A stretch of 64,000 nt of DNA from Botryllus schlosseri (lineage: Eukaryota), in NCBI GenBank assembly GCA_051294905.1, contig CM119371.1:22010001-22074000 (forward strand). The letters are read 5' to 3'. Below the pieces are notes generated by a model, which worked only from the letters and a program-made list of their open reading frames with translations, had not been told where the DNA came from and made no database searches. Both the position numbers and the translations under genes were made by a program. This document shows positions 61,871-64,000 of this stretch, piece by piece; within the stretch, counting starts at the first letter, position 1, and each line of letters begins with the position of its first letter.

Positions 61871-62586
61871 AATGAGATGTGGCGTCATGCCAAAATGTGC
61901 TGACCACGGACACACACCATAGCAGGGGTGGGCAAACTGCGAATCGCGTGCCGCATTCGGCTCTTTCAGCCTTTGATTGCGGTTCTTTATTGATTTCACT
62001 CGTGTTTCGCCATTTTGCAAATAGGTCTAACCTCATTATAAATTGATGCATTCTGGCGCGAATTAACAATGTGCATTTTGTTTACGTATCGTTTCTTTTC
62101 TTGTGATTTACCGTAATTTTCCGTCAGAATTTACACGCCATTTTAAGGGTGCGTATTATACATGGGGGCGCACTATATCCGGAAAATTACGGTACACAAA
62201 ATTTAGGGGAAGGTGGCACTGTGGCTAGAACTTTGCAATTGAACTCTCGAATCGAGTTCACATAAACATTTTACTCACAACAATGGTGCCTGGTCATCAA
62301 TCAATGATAAATCTGAACTTGTTTATTGCAAATTCCTACACTAGTTCATCCCAACGGTCCTTGTGCATGTTTTCCAGTAAAACTATTCGGACTGATCTTA
62401 ACATGAATTCAAACCAAAGGTCGGCAGAGTCACATGATCAAGTCATATTTCAGCACGTCTCGCTCATTGGCTACAGTACCCAACACAGTGACCTTGGATA
62501 TGTAAGAACTATCGCAGGATTTTTGCAATCAATTCAACAAATATTACACATACATATCAACAGATAGCTCTAGGCACCAGGTCGAC

Positions 62587-62952
62587 AGGATGAACGCTTT
62601 TCCCCAGATCTGACACTCATAGTCTTTGAATCCAGTATGTATATTTCCATATGTTTTCAGGTCACCAAGCAGCACAAACAATTTTCCCCAGATCTGACAG
62701 CCAAGGTTCTTGACTCCAATGTGAGCAGTATGTGTATCCACACGTCTTTTTGAGTGACCGATCAGATTATACTCTTTGTCAATGACCCAGCATTCATGAT
62801 TTTTTAAGCCAGTGTGGGATAGCATATGTTTTTGAAACAAAGGCTTTTCCACAGTTCCCACATTCGGTATTTCTATCATCAATGTGGAATCGCAGGTGAG
62901 TTTTCAATTCGTCATGACGATGGAAGCTCTTTTCACACATCGAGCAGATCAT
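62587..62952 (-). pseudogene. ZF remnant subfamily A
   Basis: MICSMCEKSFHRHDELKTHLRFH then a frameshift in finger 2, plus fragments of later fingers; cut at the duplication breakpoint 62586; acceptor at 63106-63105. Confidence 0.85.
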
Positions 62953-64000
62953 CTTCGTCAGTTTTCAGGATTATCTATAAATCACGTTATTTCTTCGAGT
63001 ATCACACATCAACCGCTCTCTGCTTGAAAACAAGTATTTAACGATAGCTTGAAATTCATGAGCTATTACGTAATGGTAGAATTTTTATATTATAGCAACC
63101 CTGTCTGAAATACAGAAGAAATTAACAAGAACGATTGTATGATCTATTATTATCAGTTCAGTAGAAGTTTTAGGCATTGTAATGATCGGCAACCAGACAA
63201 TCCCGATGAGTAGTTCCTAATAGATATTTCGCACTTATTTTCGAGATCACAATTACATTTCAGATTCACTTTCGGTTATTTCTTGCGGATAGATCATTTA
63301 GGACGTTCATGTTTCAACAGGATCGTACCATAGATTTCAGCACCTAGACTTGTTAATTTACTAAGACAATTCATCAAATGCAAAATGTTCAACGATGCTT
63401 GATGATTCGAAAAGTTCCATGAATGGGCATGTACTAAAAATAAGCTGTAAGTAAAATGTAAAAACAACATGAAAACACTCACATTCTGCTACACAAACAG
63501 ATAAGTTAATATGGTGGCAGAGTAAATGAACGACTTTTTCGAGAAACAACATATGTCAATGGGTATTTCAGTCATTTCAGGGCTAATTCTAATTTAACAA
63601 TTTATCACATATAAAATGTTTTATGATGCTTGACAAAACAAACACCTCTTCGATTATACAATCGAATTCGAAGTAACCAAGTCTAAGTTATGGCGAATGT
63701 AAATGCCGCTTTTCCTCAATTCACTTGTTCGTAACCTTTAATAGCCAGGATTACCCTTACAATATTGTGAAAGCCATCGAGGGCGGGGGGAGTCATTACA
63801 CACTCATAACACTCATCCTTTACAGTAAAGAGTGGTTTCGCCATCTTTTGGAAATTTGATGCAAATAGAACATTTGGGACGTTCAGATTTCAACTTGACA
63901 GTCTAATAGAATTCAGCTCCATGACATTGAACCGTAAAGTTACTCTTTGACATTCATTCGCTTGTGATTCCGATAAAGTTTGTTCTCATGCGCTTTCAAG

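Larger units (their letters stand above)
56575..62586. repeat. segmental duplication, paralogous to 35050-45869
   Basis: Collinear; lacks the piggyBac-like, Tigger-like and 43717 insertions and a 989-bp finger block. Confidence 0.9.

Overview
AT-rich metazoan genomic DNA; the taxon cannot be assigned from sequence alone. The window is dominated by a minus-strand cluster of tandem C2H2 zinc-finger genes. There are three apparently intact single-coding-exon genes (13450-14673, 33044-34438, 58524-59696) and about ten frameshifted or truncated copies in three 5'-end subfamilies (here T, A, R), multiplied by segmental duplications. The proteins are fingers only: in-frame stops lie just upstream of each start codon, so no KRAB/ZAD/BTB-type effector can be read in frame. 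One gene is cut off by a very young Penelope-like retroelement (RT + GIY-YIG, 850 aa) present as a perfect 2.41-unit head-to-tail array (23446-30150, period 2778 bp). Each unit carries a minimal hammerhead ribozyme with a palindromic stem III just before the ATG. The antisense strand of the element supplies a candidate branch point, splice acceptor and in-frame ATG to the 14 orphaned fingers. The first 9 kb holds two decayed tandem copies of an LGR-type GPCR 7TM region. There are also many non-autonomous DNA transposons with verifiable TIR/TSD (hAT, piggyBac-like, Tigger-like), L2/CR1-type LINE 3' ends, a tRNA-derived SINE (2 copies) and, at low confidence, a thrice-repeated TLR-like relic. 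All alignments and translations were done by eye and need computational confirmation.
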